DNA of 64,000 nt, from assembly GCA_963705505.1 (NCBI GenBank), contig CAVPJU010000001.1, positions 1 through 64,000 on the forward strand. The letters are read 5' to 3'. Position numbers and translations under genes: made by a program. Shown here one piece after another: positions 10,491-22,564 of this stretch (positions are counted from its first letter, which is position 1; every line of letters begins with the position of its first letter). This stretch comes from an uncultured bacterium. Lineage in GTDB: Bacteria > Desulfobacterota_D > UBA1144 > Nemesobacterales > UBA2774. The notes under the pieces are model-generated. The model had not been told where the DNA came from. It worked only from the letters and a program-made list of their open reading frames with translations, and made no database searches.

Positions 10491-12290
10491 ATGTGGATAT
10501 CGATCAGGACGAACATCCGTACCGCGAGCGCCGTGAGATCGAGTCTCGACAGGGCCCTTAGAATATCGTTCAGAGGCGGCGCAGTCTCGGGAATAACGAT
10601 CGTCTCCATGAGCCTTCTCGGCGTCGGGATACTTTTTGTACTCTACGGCGGATATAGTGACAATGCGGAAGTGCTGAAGAGGGTTCCGTATCTTATAGTC
10701 GGGTACGGGTTCGGAGCGAGCTTCGTCGCGCTTTTTGCCCAGCTGGGCGGCGGTATTTACACGAAAGCGGCCGACGTGGGAGCCGACCTCGTAGGTAAGG
10801 TCGAGGCGGGGATACCCGAAGACGACCCCAGGAACCCCGCCGTCATAGCGGACCTCGTGGGAGATAACGTCGGCGACTGTGCGGGCCGTGGAGCCGACCT
10901 TTTTGAGTCGACCGCTGCCGAGAACATAGGCGCCATGATTTTGGGCGTTGCTCTCTTCCCTCACTTCGGAATTAAGGGGATTCTCTTCCCGCTCGTGGCC
11001 CGTGCCTTCGGTCTTATAGCAAGTATGATCGGAATCGGCATGGTCAAGTTAAAAAATGAGCAGGAAGACCCGATGGGCGCTCTCAACCGCGGATACTACA
11101 TCACCTGCCTCCTTGCGGCTGCAGGGTTCTTCGTCGCGACGTATATCCTGCTTAACAACAACCACTGGTTGTTCTTCGCGGGCGTGATCGGAATCGCGAC
11201 GAGCATTGCGTTCGTTTACATCACGCAATACTATACGGAATACAGGTACCGTCCGGTGCAGTTCATCGCCGAAGCGTCTCAAACGGGTCCCGCTACCAAC
11301 ATCATAGCCGGTCTCGCGGTAGGCCTCGAGTGTACCGCTCTTCCCGTGCTTGCGATTTCCGCGGCGCTTATAGGCTCATATTACTGCGGAATACACGGAC
11401 TGCAGGAGTATGCCGATATTTCCCGGAACAGCGCAGGTCTCTATGGTACTGCAATCGCTTGTATGGGAATGCTGGGTACAGCGGCATACATCCTTGCAAT
11501 GGATACCTTCGGACCTATTACGGACAACGCGGGCGGTATAGTTGAAATGAGCAAACAGCCTGAAGAAATCAGAAACAAGACGGACAGGCTCGATGCGGTT
11601 GGAAACACGACGAAGGCCCTCACGAAAGGATACGCGATCGGCTCTGCTGCTCTCGCGGCTTTCCTTCTCTTCTCGGCTTACATGGACGAAGTGACTCACC
11701 TTACGGGGAAGGTCTTCGATACGGTCGACATAGCGCAGGTACAGGTCTTCGTAGGCGGGCTCCTCGGTGCAATGTTGGTCTTCGTCTTCAGCGCGCTCGC
11801 GATAAGGGCGGTAGCCAGAGCAGCGTACTATGTAATCAGTGACGTACGCGCTCAGTTCAAGGAAAACCCCGGCATCCTCCAGGGCACTTCCAAGCCTAAT
11901 TACGCAAGGTGCGTCGATATCGTCACGAAAGGCGCGCTTAAGGAAATGATCCCTCCCGGTCTTCTCGCAGTCTGCATGCCTATAGCGGTAGGACTCGTAT
12001 TCAAGCAATTCGGTCTCGGGGCCGAGGCTGTGGCCGCGTTCCTGATGGTGGGAACGATAGCCGGCATCCTGCTGGCGACGCTTATGAATAACGGCGGCGG
12101 CGCCTGGGACAACGCAAAGAAATTTGTGGAGATGGGGAACTACGGCGGTAAGAAGTCGGAGACTCATAAAGCTACCGTAGTGGGTGACACGGTCGGTGAC
12201 CCGTTCAAGGACACAGCCGGTCCCTCGATCCACGTGCTCATTAAGCTACTCTCGACGATTACGCTTGTGCTCGCGCCATTGTTTATCTAG
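10491..12290 (+). CDS. hppA: Membrane H+-translocating pyrophosphatase (K+-independent type), 5'-truncated
   Basis: GGGIYTKAADVGADLVGKVEAGIPEDDPRNPAVIADLVGDNVGD, DNAGG, GNTTKA, GDTVGDPFKDT. Confidence 0.95.
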   Translation: MWISIRTNIRTASAVRSSLDRALRISFRGGAVSGITIVSMSLLGVGILFVLYGGYSDNAEVLKRVPYLIVGYGFGASFVALFAQLGGGIYTKAADVGADLVGKVEAGIPEDDPRNPAVIADLVGDNVGDCAGRGADLFESTAAENIGAMILGVALFPHFGIKGILFPLVARAFGLIASMIGIGMVKLKNEQEDPMGALNRGYYITCLLAAAGFFVATYILLNNNHWLFFAGVIGIATSIAFVYITQYYTEYRYRPVQFIAEASQTGPATNIIAGLAVGLECTALPVLAISAALIGSYYCGIHGLQEYADISRNSAGLYGTAIACMGMLGTAAYILAMDTFGPITDNAGGIVEMSKQPEEIRNKTDRLDAVGNTTKALTKGYAIGSAALAAFLLFSAYMDEVTHLTGKVFDTVDIAQVQVFVGGLLGAMLVFVFSALAIRAVARAAYYVISDVRAQFKENPGILQGTSKPNYARCVDIVTKGALKEMIPPGLLAVCMPIAVGLVFKQFGLGAEAVAAFLMVGTIAGILLATLMNNGGGAWDNAKKFVEMGNYGGKKSETHKATVVGDTVGDPFKDTAGPSIHVLIKLLSTITLVLAPLFI

Positions 12291-12323
12291 TTTTTAGCGA
12301 GTATTATTCGGGAGACTCTGTTG

Positions 12324-13778
12324 ATGTTAAAGCAACTCCTGAAACGAAAAAATATAAGCCAGATAATGCTTGAAGCGGACGACGAGCATCACGGTCTTAA
12401 ACGTGTGCTCGGTCCGCTGAATCTGGTAAGCCTCGGCATAGGCGCGATAATCGGCGCCGGTATTTTCGTACTGACCGGCCAGGCCGCGGCTATGTATGCG
12501 GGTCCCGCAATATCCCTATCGTTCGTTCTTTCAGGTTTCGGCTGTGTATTAGCCGGCCTCTGTTATGCCGAAATGGCGTCGATGATCCCCGTTGCCGGGA
12601 GCGCCTATACTTACTCTTACGCCACGCTGGGTGAGCTTATCGCCTGGATCATCGGCTGGGATCTTATTCTCGAATACCTGTTCGCGAGCTCGACCGTTGC
12701 TGTTGGCTGGTCCGGCTACGTCGTGAGCTTCCTTAAGGACTTCGGGTACATAGTTCCCGACATAGTATCGAGGGCGCCTCTATCGTACGACCCTCACACC
12801 GGATGGGCTTTATCGGGGGCGATTGTCAATTTGCCCGCTATAGTGGTTGTCCTGGTTGCGACAACCCTCCTGGCAATAGGCATATGGGAATCTGCCGCCG
12901 TGAATAGCGTGATTGTGGTGCTTAAGCTTACAGTGCTTCTGATGTTCATAGGAGTCGGGTTTTTTTATATAAACCGGGAGAACTGGCACCCGTTCATACC
13001 TCCTAATATAGGGACGTTCGGCAATTTCGGCTGGAGCGGTGTGGTCCGCGGCGCGGGCGTGATATTCTTTGCTTATATAGGCTTCGACGCGGTTTCCACA
13101 GCGGCCCAGGAAACCCGCAACCCCCAGCGCAATGTGCCAATAGGGATTTTGGCGTCACTGCTCATATCGACGGTTCTTTATATTGTCGTGGCATTGGTAT
13201 TGACCGGTGTGGTGGATTATCATCAGCTCAAGGTTCCGGATCCGATCGCCGTCGCCGTTGATGCTATGGGGCATAAGCTCTTCTGGTTCCGCCCTTTGAT
13301 AAAGATCGGGGCGATCGCTGGTCTGACGTCGGTAATCCTCGTGCTCCTTCTGGGCCAGACAAGGGTTTTTTATTCCATGTCGCGGGACAGGCTCCTGCCC
13401 GACCGCTTCTGCAAGATACATCCCCGGCTCCGCACGCCGATCTTCACCACGATTGTGACGGGGATAGCCGCTTCATTTTTTGCGGGCTTATTGCCTATCG
13501 GCATTCTCGGAGAGCTCGTATCGATAGGGACTCTGCTTGCATTCGTAATAGTGTGCTTGGGTGTCCTAGCCCTCCGTTATACCGATCCCGGGCTTCCGAG
13601 GCCTTTCAGGGCTCCTTTCTCCCCATATGTGCCGATACTCGGCGTGGGCGTGAGTTTCCTCCAGATGGCTGCCCTTCCTCTGGATACGTGGCTCAGGCTC
13701 TTTATCTGGATGGCGATCGGGTTCGTGATTTATTTTTTCTACGGCCACAAGCGGGCGATAACATCCTCTCAGAAGTGA
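12324..13778 (+). CDS. APC-family amino acid permease
   Basis: GAIIGAGIFVLTG, GSAYTYSY, FFAYIGFDAVST; many TM helices. Confidence 0.92.
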   Translation: MLKQLLKRKNISQIMLEADDEHHGLKRVLGPLNLVSLGIGAIIGAGIFVLTGQAAAMYAGPAISLSFVLSGFGCVLAGLCYAEMASMIPVAGSAYTYSYATLGELIAWIIGWDLILEYLFASSTVAVGWSGYVVSFLKDFGYIVPDIVSRAPLSYDPHTGWALSGAIVNLPAIVVVLVATTLLAIGIWESAAVNSVIVVLKLTVLLMFIGVGFFYINRENWHPFIPPNIGTFGNFGWSGVVRGAGVIFFAYIGFDAVSTAAQETRNPQRNVPIGILASLLISTVLYIVVALVLTGVVDYHQLKVPDPIAVAVDAMGHKLFWFRPLIKIGAIAGLTSVILVLLLGQTRVFYSMSRDRLLPDRFCKIHPRLRTPIFTTIVTGIAASFFAGLLPIGILGELVSIGTLLAFVIVCLGVLALRYTDPGLPRPFRAPFSPYVPILGVGVSFLQMAALPLDTWLRLFIWMAIGFVIYFFYGHKRAITSSQK

Positions 13779-13878
13779 TAAACGTTAAAACGCCTCCCTC
13801 CGGCACATTTTTGCCTCTTGATTAAAAACGAATAGATATTCAGTTGGATAAACCGGTTTTTGAGGTATTTGTATTAAT

Positions 13879-14388
13879 ATGACGGATTATATAATGATGG
13901 CGCTCTATCTTATCGTCTCTCTCGCGGGTCTTATTTCATTGATATTCGGTCTCCCCGGGAATTTCATCATACTCGGAGGCTCTCTGCTCTACGGCTGGTA
14001 CGGCGGTTTTAGCGAGATCACTCTCAAAATAATCATTATATTGATCGTCCTTGCTCTGGTAGGGGAGTTGATAGAGTTCCTTTTGGGTATCCTGGGAGCT
14101 AAAAAATACAGGTCCAGCAACAGGGCCATAGTCGGCTCGATAGTATTCGGAATCATAGGGGGGATATTGGGCGCTCCCTTCTTTTTCGGCATAGGGGCTG
14201 TTATAGGCGCTTTCGCGGGCGCTTTTGCGGGTGCGATAGCGATTGAGCTCACTCAGGGTAAGAAGATGGACGAGGCTATAAAATCGGGCTGGGGGGCATT
14301 CATAGGCAGGGTTGCGGGCACGATTTCAAAGGGCGCAATAGGTGTCGCGATGATTGCCGTAACTCTCACGGCTGTCCTCAAAAATTAA
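13879..14388 (+). CDS. DUF456 family membrane protein
   Basis: LPG, GAKKY, Gly-rich GAVIGAFAGAFAG helices. Confidence 0.75.
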   Translation: MTDYIMMALYLIVSLAGLISLIFGLPGNFIILGGSLLYGWYGGFSEITLKIIIILIVLALVGELIEFLLGILGAKKYRSSNRAIVGSIVFGIIGGILGAPFFFGIGAVIGAFAGAFAGAIAIELTQGKKMDEAIKSGWGAFIGRVAGTISKGAIGVAMIAVTLTAVLKN

Positions 14389-14547
14389 AATCGTTTTTGC
14401 GAAAGCTGGTCATACGGGCGGATTCTCCGATTTCGGGCTTGAAAATCCCTTTGCTGACTTATGTATAATTAGTCTTTCGGAGTAGATGTAAATTCTCGTT
14501 ATGGTAGATTATTCTGCTAATTTCGCGGGCAGTGTCGGAGTGACGTA

Positions 14548-15567
14548 ATGATAGATAAGCTCGAAGAGGTCAAAAAGCAGGCGGAGGCGGAGCTCGGCTC
14601 CGTAAGCGACGAGATCGCGCTTCAGAACCTTAAGGCGAAGTTTGTCGGAAGGAAGGGCGTCATAACGGAGTTATTAAAGGGCATGAAGGACGTACCCGAC
14701 GCCGACCGCCCTCAGATGGGTAAGCTCATCAACGAGACAAAGACCTTCGTCGAGGGGCTCATCGACGGCAGGCTTCATGACCTTAGGGAGGAGAAGAAGC
14801 GGCGCTCCCTTCATGAGGAGAAGATAGACGTTACGCTGCCCGGCAGGGGTATGCCCATCGGCGCGAGGCACCCCATAACCCAGGTAATGGAGGATATAAT
14901 AACTATCTTCGAAAGGATGGGTTTCGAGGTCGCCGAAGGTCCGGAAGTCGAAACGGACTACTATAACTTCGAAGCGCTGAATATCCCCAAGAACCACCCT
15001 GCGAGGGATATGCAGGACACGTTTTACGTATCGGATGAAATAGTTTTGAGAACTCACACCTCCCCCGTTCAGATTCGCGTCATGGAGAAGCGGAAGCCCC
15101 CCGTGAAGATTATCGCTCCGGGAAAGGTGTACAGGTGCGATAGCGATATTTCTCATACCCCCATGTTCCACCAGATAGAAGGGCTCCTCGTCGACGAGGG
15201 CGTCACTTTCGGTGATTTGAAGGGGGTGCTGACCGAATTCGTCAGGCTTGTTTTCGGAGAAGGTGTGGGAGTGAGGTTCAGGCCGAGCTTCTTCCCGTTC
15301 ACCGAGCCGAGCGCCGAGGTGGACATGGCGTGCTTGATTTGCGGCGGTAAAGGCTGCAGGGTGTGCAAGAACTCGGGCTGGCTCGAAATCCTCGGCTGCG
15401 GCATGGTCGATCCCGAGGTCTTCAGGAGCGTCGGCTACGACCCGGATAAATACTCGGGCTTCGCGTTCGGCATGGGGATCGAAAGGATAACGATGCTCAA
15501 ATTCGGCATAAACGACATAAGGCTCTTCTTCGAGAACGATATCCGTTTTCTAAAACAATTCACCTGA
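14548..15567 (+). CDS. pheS: Phenylalanine-tRNA ligase alpha subunit
   Basis: HPARDMQDTFY, LRTHTSPVQIR, FPFTEPS, GFAFGMGIER. Confidence 0.98.
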   Translation: MIDKLEEVKKQAEAELGSVSDEIALQNLKAKFVGRKGVITELLKGMKDVPDADRPQMGKLINETKTFVEGLIDGRLHDLREEKKRRSLHEEKIDVTLPGRGMPIGARHPITQVMEDIITIFERMGFEVAEGPEVETDYYNFEALNIPKNHPARDMQDTFYVSDEIVLRTHTSPVQIRVMEKRKPPVKIIAPGKVYRCDSDISHTPMFHQIEGLLVDEGVTFGDLKGVLTEFVRLVFGEGVGVRFRPSFFPFTEPSAEVDMACLICGGKGCRVCKNSGWLEILGCGMVDPEVFRSVGYDPDKYSGFAFGMGIERITMLKFGINDIRLFFENDIRFLKQFT

Positions 15568-15591
15568 TCGTATTTTCAGCTTCTTTGAATC

Positions 15592-15894
15592 TGTCATTTC
15601 GAGGCGCAGCCGAGAAATCTATTTTAGTCTTTTCTTTTCATCCCCTCTTTGCCTTTTTTATTTCCTTCCCCCTGGAAGGGGGAAGGGTAGGATGGGGGTG
15701 TCACCTTTCACTCATCTATTCAAGAAATCCCGTTCGTGCTGAGCTTTTTTATTTCCTTCCCCATAAAAAGGGGGAAGGAAAGGATGGGGGTGTTACCTTT
15801 CATTTATCAACCGGAGTCATCCCGATCTTGTTTCGGAATCTCATCTTTTTCCTTGAATTCCCTCCTTTTGTAAAGGAGGGTGAGGGTGGATTTT
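15592..15894 (+). repeat. Intergenic mosaic of palindromic mini-elements, cluster 1
   Basis: A1 15592-15620; B1 15653-15710 and B2 15744-15802 (near-identical direct repeats); C1 15727-15744; D1 15816-15841; E1 15858-15894; related copies near 49.8-50.2 kb and 55.95 kb. Confidence 0.85.
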
Positions 15895-15959
15895 TTCTTA
15901 GTTTCTTTAATCCCTTATCTCTCATCCTTTCTCCCACATCCCCTTCCTCTCCCCCCCGA

Positions 15960-15988
15960 TTGAGTAAAATCTCCGTCTGTGGTAGTAT
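15960..15988 (+). promoter_or_regulatory. Putative sigma-70 promoter of dcd
   Basis: TTGAGT-17 bp-TAGTAT with extended TGn. Confidence 0.55.
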
Positions 15989-16034
15989 GCTTTCCCTCTG
16001 CAGTGCATAATCCACATCTCGAGGAGTAAGGAAA

Positions 16035-16589
16035 ATGGGAGTAAAACCCGACCACTGGATCAGGAAAATGGCCAAAGAGCATAAAATGATAGACCCCTTC
16101 GTCGACGGGCAGGTTAGAGAGGGCGCGATATCATACGGCCTCTCGGCTTACGGATACGACATCAGGGTGAGCGACGAGTTCAAGGTATTCACGAACGTGT
16201 ATAACTCGGTAGTCGATCCCAAGGCGTTCGATGAAAAATCATTCGTCGAAATTAGATCCGAAGTCTGCATGATCCCCCCCAATTCCTTCGCCCTTGCCCG
16301 GACGGTCGAGTATTTCAGGATACCCCGGAGCACGATTACGCTCTGTGTCGGAAAGTCCACTTACGCCCGGTGCGGCATTATAGTAAACGTCACCCCGTTC
16401 GAGCCCGAATGGGAGGGATTCGTCACGCTCGAAATATCGAATACCACCCCGCTTCCGGCGAAAATATACGCCAACGAGGGCATAGCTCAGGTCATATTCT
16501 TCGAAGCCGACGAGATGTGCGAGGTCTCATACGCCGACAAGAAGGGCAAATACCAGAAGCAGATCGGGATCACTCCCCCTAAAGTGTGA
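16035..16589 (+). CDS. dcd: dCTP deaminase
   Basis: [36 protein letters not shown]. Confidence 0.97.
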   Translation: MGVKPDHWIRKMAKEHKMIDPFVDGQVREGAISYGLSAYGYDIRVSDEFKVFTNVYNSVVDPKAFDEKSFVEIRSEVCMIPPNSFALARTVEYFRIPRSTITLCVGKSTYARCGIIVNVTPFEPEWEGFVTLEISNTTPLPAKIYANEGIAQVIFFEADEMCEVSYADKKGKYQKQIGITPPKV

Positions 16590-16770
16590 TTCTGCCTGCC
16601 GGAATACCCCGTCCTGACTGGAAAAAATAGTATTGTTCCCGGAGGGCCTTCCGGTTTAGAAATTACTTCTATAAATGTATTAAAACCCCTTGATTTTATT
16701 TCCCTTTTTCGTCCTTCATGGTATACTTATAACTTAATAATTTCCCCCCTTTATGTAAGTTCGGAGGTAG

Positions 16771-19246
<2,476 letters not shown>

Positions 19247-19278
19247 CCTTTTAAATTAACCGCGATTGAACAACTAAA

Positions 19279-19644
19279 ATGCCCCAGTCTGTAAAAAATA
19301 TAAATAAAGTCCCTGTCGAGAAGGTATCCGCCGGGAGCTCCACGTACCGTCAGGTGCTGATAGGGCCTGAGGAAGGCCCGCATTTCGCGATGAGGCGCTT
19401 CATAATGGAGCCCGGTGGAGGCATCCCCGCGCACACCAATACCGTAGAGCACGAGCAGTACGTGCTGCGCGGCCGCGCAAAGGTAGGCATAGGCGATGAA
19501 GTCTACGACGTGAAAGCCGAGGACGTGCTGTTCATACCCGCAGGAATACCCCATTGGTACGAAGTCGTGGGCGACGAGAATTTCGAATTCCTCTGCATGG
19601 TCCCCAACCGGGACGACGAAATCAAATTAGTCGGAAATAAATAA
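19279..19644 (+). CDS. Cupin domain protein
   Basis: FAMRRFIMEPGGGIPAHTNTVEHEQYVLRG, FIPAGIPHWY. Confidence 0.88.
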   Translation: MPQSVKNINKVPVEKVSAGSSTYRQVLIGPEEGPHFAMRRFIMEPGGGIPAHTNTVEHEQYVLRGRAKVGIGDEVYDVKAEDVLFIPAGIPHWYEVVGDENFEFLCMVPNRDDEIKLVGNK

Positions 19645-19672
19645 TTTTCTCACTAAGGGAAATCAGGCTCAT

Positions 19673-20740
19673 TTAAGCCTTGAGATAGCCGTAGTTCTGA
19701 AGGACGAGGATCGCGATGCTTATGATTATCAGGTTCGCGATGGCTATCGGGAAAAGCACCTTCCAGCCGAGGTTCATCACCTGGTCGTACCTGAACCTCG
19801 GGAGCGTAAACCTCACCCATATAAAGAAAAACAGGAAGGCCAGCACCTTTCCCATGAATACGATTGGAGGCAGGTACCAGTATTTGTCGATGTCGATTCC
19901 GAACCATCCGCCGAAGGGGAGCGGATACCATCCGCCGAAGAATAGCGCTACGACCAGGCACGAGACCACGATCATGTGCGTGTACTCGGCCATGAAGAAC
20001 ATTGCGAATTTCATGCTGCTGTACTCTGTGTGATAACCCGCCACGATCTCCGGCTCCGCTTCCGGCATGTCGAACGGGAGACGGTTCGTCTCTGCAAACG
20101 CCGCAATGAGGAATACTATGCAGCCGAGTATCTGGGGGATTGCAAACCAGCACCTGGACTGGGCCTCGATTATGTCTTCGAGCCTCAACGATCCCGACCA
20201 CGCAATGACGCCCAATATGGATATCCCCATCGCGAGCTCGTAGCTTATCATCTGCGCTGCGCCCCTGAGCCCCCCGAGGAAAGAGTACTTGCTGTTGGAC
20301 GCCCACCCTCCGAGCACCACTCCGTAAACGCTCAACGATCCTATCGCGAGAACGTAAAGGATACCGACGTTAAGGTCTGCTATCTGGAGCTTGACGAATA
20401 TGGGCTCACTCAAGAGTCCGAAGATCGTCGTATGAAAACCCTTGCCTATCGGGACTACAGCCAGCGCTATGAGCGAGGTGATGAGGGCGAACGCTGGCGC
20501 TATGATAAAAAACGGCTTGTTGGCCTGCGCCGGTATTATATCTTCCTTGAATATGAACTTTACGCCGTCTGCGAGAGGCTGGAGGAGCCCGAACGGCCCC
20601 ACACGGTTAGGTCCCAGTCTGTCCTGTATGAACGCGCTCACCCTCCTTTCGGCGAGAGTAAGGTACGCGACGAGCGTGAGCACTACGAATAACAACAGCG
20701 CTATTTTTACGAGTGTAATCCCTGTTTCAACCCAAATCAT
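19673..20740 (-). CDS. nuoH: NADH-quinone oxidoreductase subunit H
   Basis: ERRVSAFIQDRLGPNRVG, AETNRLPFDMPEAE, RFRYDQVM. Confidence 0.97.
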   Translation of the reverse strand: MIWVETGITLVKIALLLFVVLTLVAYLTLAERRVSAFIQDRLGPNRVGPFGLLQPLADGVKFIFKEDIIPAQANKPFFIIAPAFALITSLIALAVVPIGKGFHTTIFGLLSEPIFVKLQIADLNVGILYVLAIGSLSVYGVVLGGWASNSKYSFLGGLRGAAQMISYELAMGISILGVIAWSGSLRLEDIIEAQSRCWFAIPQILGCIVFLIAAFAETNRLPFDMPEAEPEIVAGYHTEYSSMKFAMFFMAEYTHMIVVSCLVVALFFGGWYPLPFGGWFGIDIDKYWYLPPIVFMGKVLAFLFFFIWVRFTLPRFRYDQVMNLGWKVLFPIAIANLIIISIAILVLQNYGYLKA

Positions 20741-20760
20741 TATCCGTCTCTATTCGTAAT

Positions 20761-22359
20761 TTATTGGAGCCTGTCTGTGCCCAGCATGCCCAGATTGTCG
20801 TAATTCATTCCTTTGTACGCAGGGAGTCTTTCGGCTATTTCCAGCATTATCTCGGAAGGTTCACCGGACCTGAAGCTATCGGCCTCAAGAGTGTTGCCGA
20901 TGAGCGCGAGTATCTCGCAGTCGGGTTTTGCGGTCCCCGGCGGGGCTATCGCCCGTCTTACCCTCTGGACCCTGCCGCGGTCGTTCGTGTACGTGCCTTC
21001 CTTCTCATAAGGGCTTGCGCCCGGCAGTATTACGTGTGCCAGTCTCACGGTCTCGGTGAGCTTGTAGTCCTGCACTATGAGCAGCGAGAGTCCCGCGAGC
21101 GCCTCTTTTAACCTTGAGTGCTCGGAGGGCGGCGCGAATTTAAAGAGGTCTTCCCCGGCAACGTATAATACTTTGACGGCGCCGCTCATTAACGATTGTA
21201 TCAGCCCTTCTATTTTGTCCGGACCCGATGCAAAGCCCATGTCCTTCACGCCCGCGCTGTTGGGATAGGGGTCCGAGCTTATAAGGCCGAATAATTTCTG
21301 AGCGCTCGGGTCGCCCGTGTTCGAGACTATCCTGTCCGTTTTAAGGACCGCGCCGATTTTTTTAAGCAGATACAGCTCCTCGTTGGTTAGTGTCGGCGAT
21401 CCCGCTATCGCTATCGATTCCGGCGACGTCTCCCGCGCCCTCATAAGCCCTGACGATGCGAGGGCTGCCGCATCGACCCAGTCCGAAATCTCAAAACCCT
21501 CTCCTTTTCTGATAATAGGGTCTTTGAGCCGCGCCGCGCCTTCCTGAATCTTCCTGAAATCGTACCTTCCCCTATCGCAAATCCAGTATTCGTTCACGTC
21601 CATGTTCATTCTGGGCCTTACCCTCGATACTTCCCCCTTCCTCGGGTCGGCTCCAACTGTTATGTTGCATCCGTTACTGCAGAGTGGGCAAACGGTGTCG
21701 GTGAATTTCCAGTACCAGACCCGCTCCTCGTGCAGGGTGTCCTTGTTGAGGAGCGCCCCTACGGGACAGAGGTCCGTAACGTTTCCTGATAGCTCGTTAT
21801 CGAGGTTCTTCCCCGGGAATACCACGATCTTTTTTCTGAACCCTCTCCCGTCGAAGCCGAGCTCCCCCGTTTTCGTAACTTCGTCCGTAAACCTGACGCA
21901 CCTCGTGCACATGATGCAGCGGTTGGGATCGTAGAGTATCCTGTCGCTGAGGTAATATTTCCTTCTGACCTTCTTCTCTTCGGGCCCTTCGAATCTGCTG
22001 TGCCCCGGCCCGTGTTTGACCGTGGTGAGCTGCAGCGGGCACTCTCCGCCCTTATCGCATATGGGGCAGTCGAGCGGATGGTTGATGAGCGTGAATTCTA
22101 CTGTCGCCTTTCTTGCTTTTATCGCTTTTTCAGTATTTGTTTTGACTATCAGGCCATCTCTGACGTAAGTGTTGCAGGCTGGCATGACCTTGGGGACTCC
22201 TTCGACCTCAACGAGACACTGCCGGCACTGGGCCACGACGCTCAGGGCGGGATGGTAGCAAAAATGCGGGACTTCGATCCCGACGCGGGATGCCGCCTGA
22301 ATCAGATTGAGTCCGTCTTCGACCTCTACCTCGATTCCGTCTATCGTGAGTTTTGGCAT
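20761..22359 (-). CDS. nuoG: NADH-quinone oxidoreductase subunit G-like (short, 532 aa)
   Basis: FCYHP..CRQC..C, HPLDCPICDKGGEC, CIMCTRC..CP, CPLCSNGC..C; EKEGTYTN; adjacent to nuoH. Confidence 0.85.
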   Translation of the reverse strand: MPKLTIDGIEVEVEDGLNLIQAASRVGIEVPHFCYHPALSVVAQCRQCLVEVEGVPKVMPACNTYVRDGLIVKTNTEKAIKARKATVEFTLINHPLDCPICDKGGECPLQLTTVKHGPGHSRFEGPEEKKVRRKYYLSDRILYDPNRCIMCTRCVRFTDEVTKTGELGFDGRGFRKKIVVFPGKNLDNELSGNVTDLCPVGALLNKDTLHEERVWYWKFTDTVCPLCSNGCNITVGADPRKGEVSRVRPRMNMDVNEYWICDRGRYDFRKIQEGAARLKDPIIRKGEGFEISDWVDAAALASSGLMRARETSPESIAIAGSPTLTNEELYLLKKIGAVLKTDRIVSNTGDPSAQKLFGLISSDPYPNSAGVKDMGFASGPDKIEGLIQSLMSGAVKVLYVAGEDLFKFAPPSEHSRLKEALAGLSLLIVQDYKLTETVRLAHVILPGASPYEKEGTYTNDRGRVQRVRRAIAPPGTAKPDCEILALIGNTLEADSFRSGEPSEIMLEIAERLPAYKGMNYDNLGMLGTDRLQ

Positions 22360-22564
22360 AGGAAATTCGGTTAAGCGAGAGTCGAGAAAATATTATCTGA
22401 CCGGAGTTACCTTAGCAAGTAATGCCGGGATTATGGAAGAATTACAGCCGCATAAGGCGTATTGAGACAGTGAGGCCGTTTATTCGCGTCATAAAGGCGG
22501 GAGCTTGTACCAATAATTCATATCCCGATGATGGGGGCTTATGTTATAATTCACAGACGAGACT

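Noticed and set aside
9596..12290. Biological NDH-2/pyrophosphatase fusion or genomic-island boundary
   Set aside because: Different frames, both genes truncated, no integration signature; artefact more likely
15592..15894. CRISPR array (also 49758-50205)
   Set aside because: Units differ from each other, spacing is irregular and no cas genes are present
16007..16015. DnaA box upstream of dcd (TAATCCACA)
   Set aside because: Single copy with a mismatch to TTATCCACA; expected by chance
15585..16075. ORFs of 141 aa (+) and 91 aa (-); also 50116-50301
   Set aside because: Translations of the palindromic repeats, low complexity, no recognisable domain
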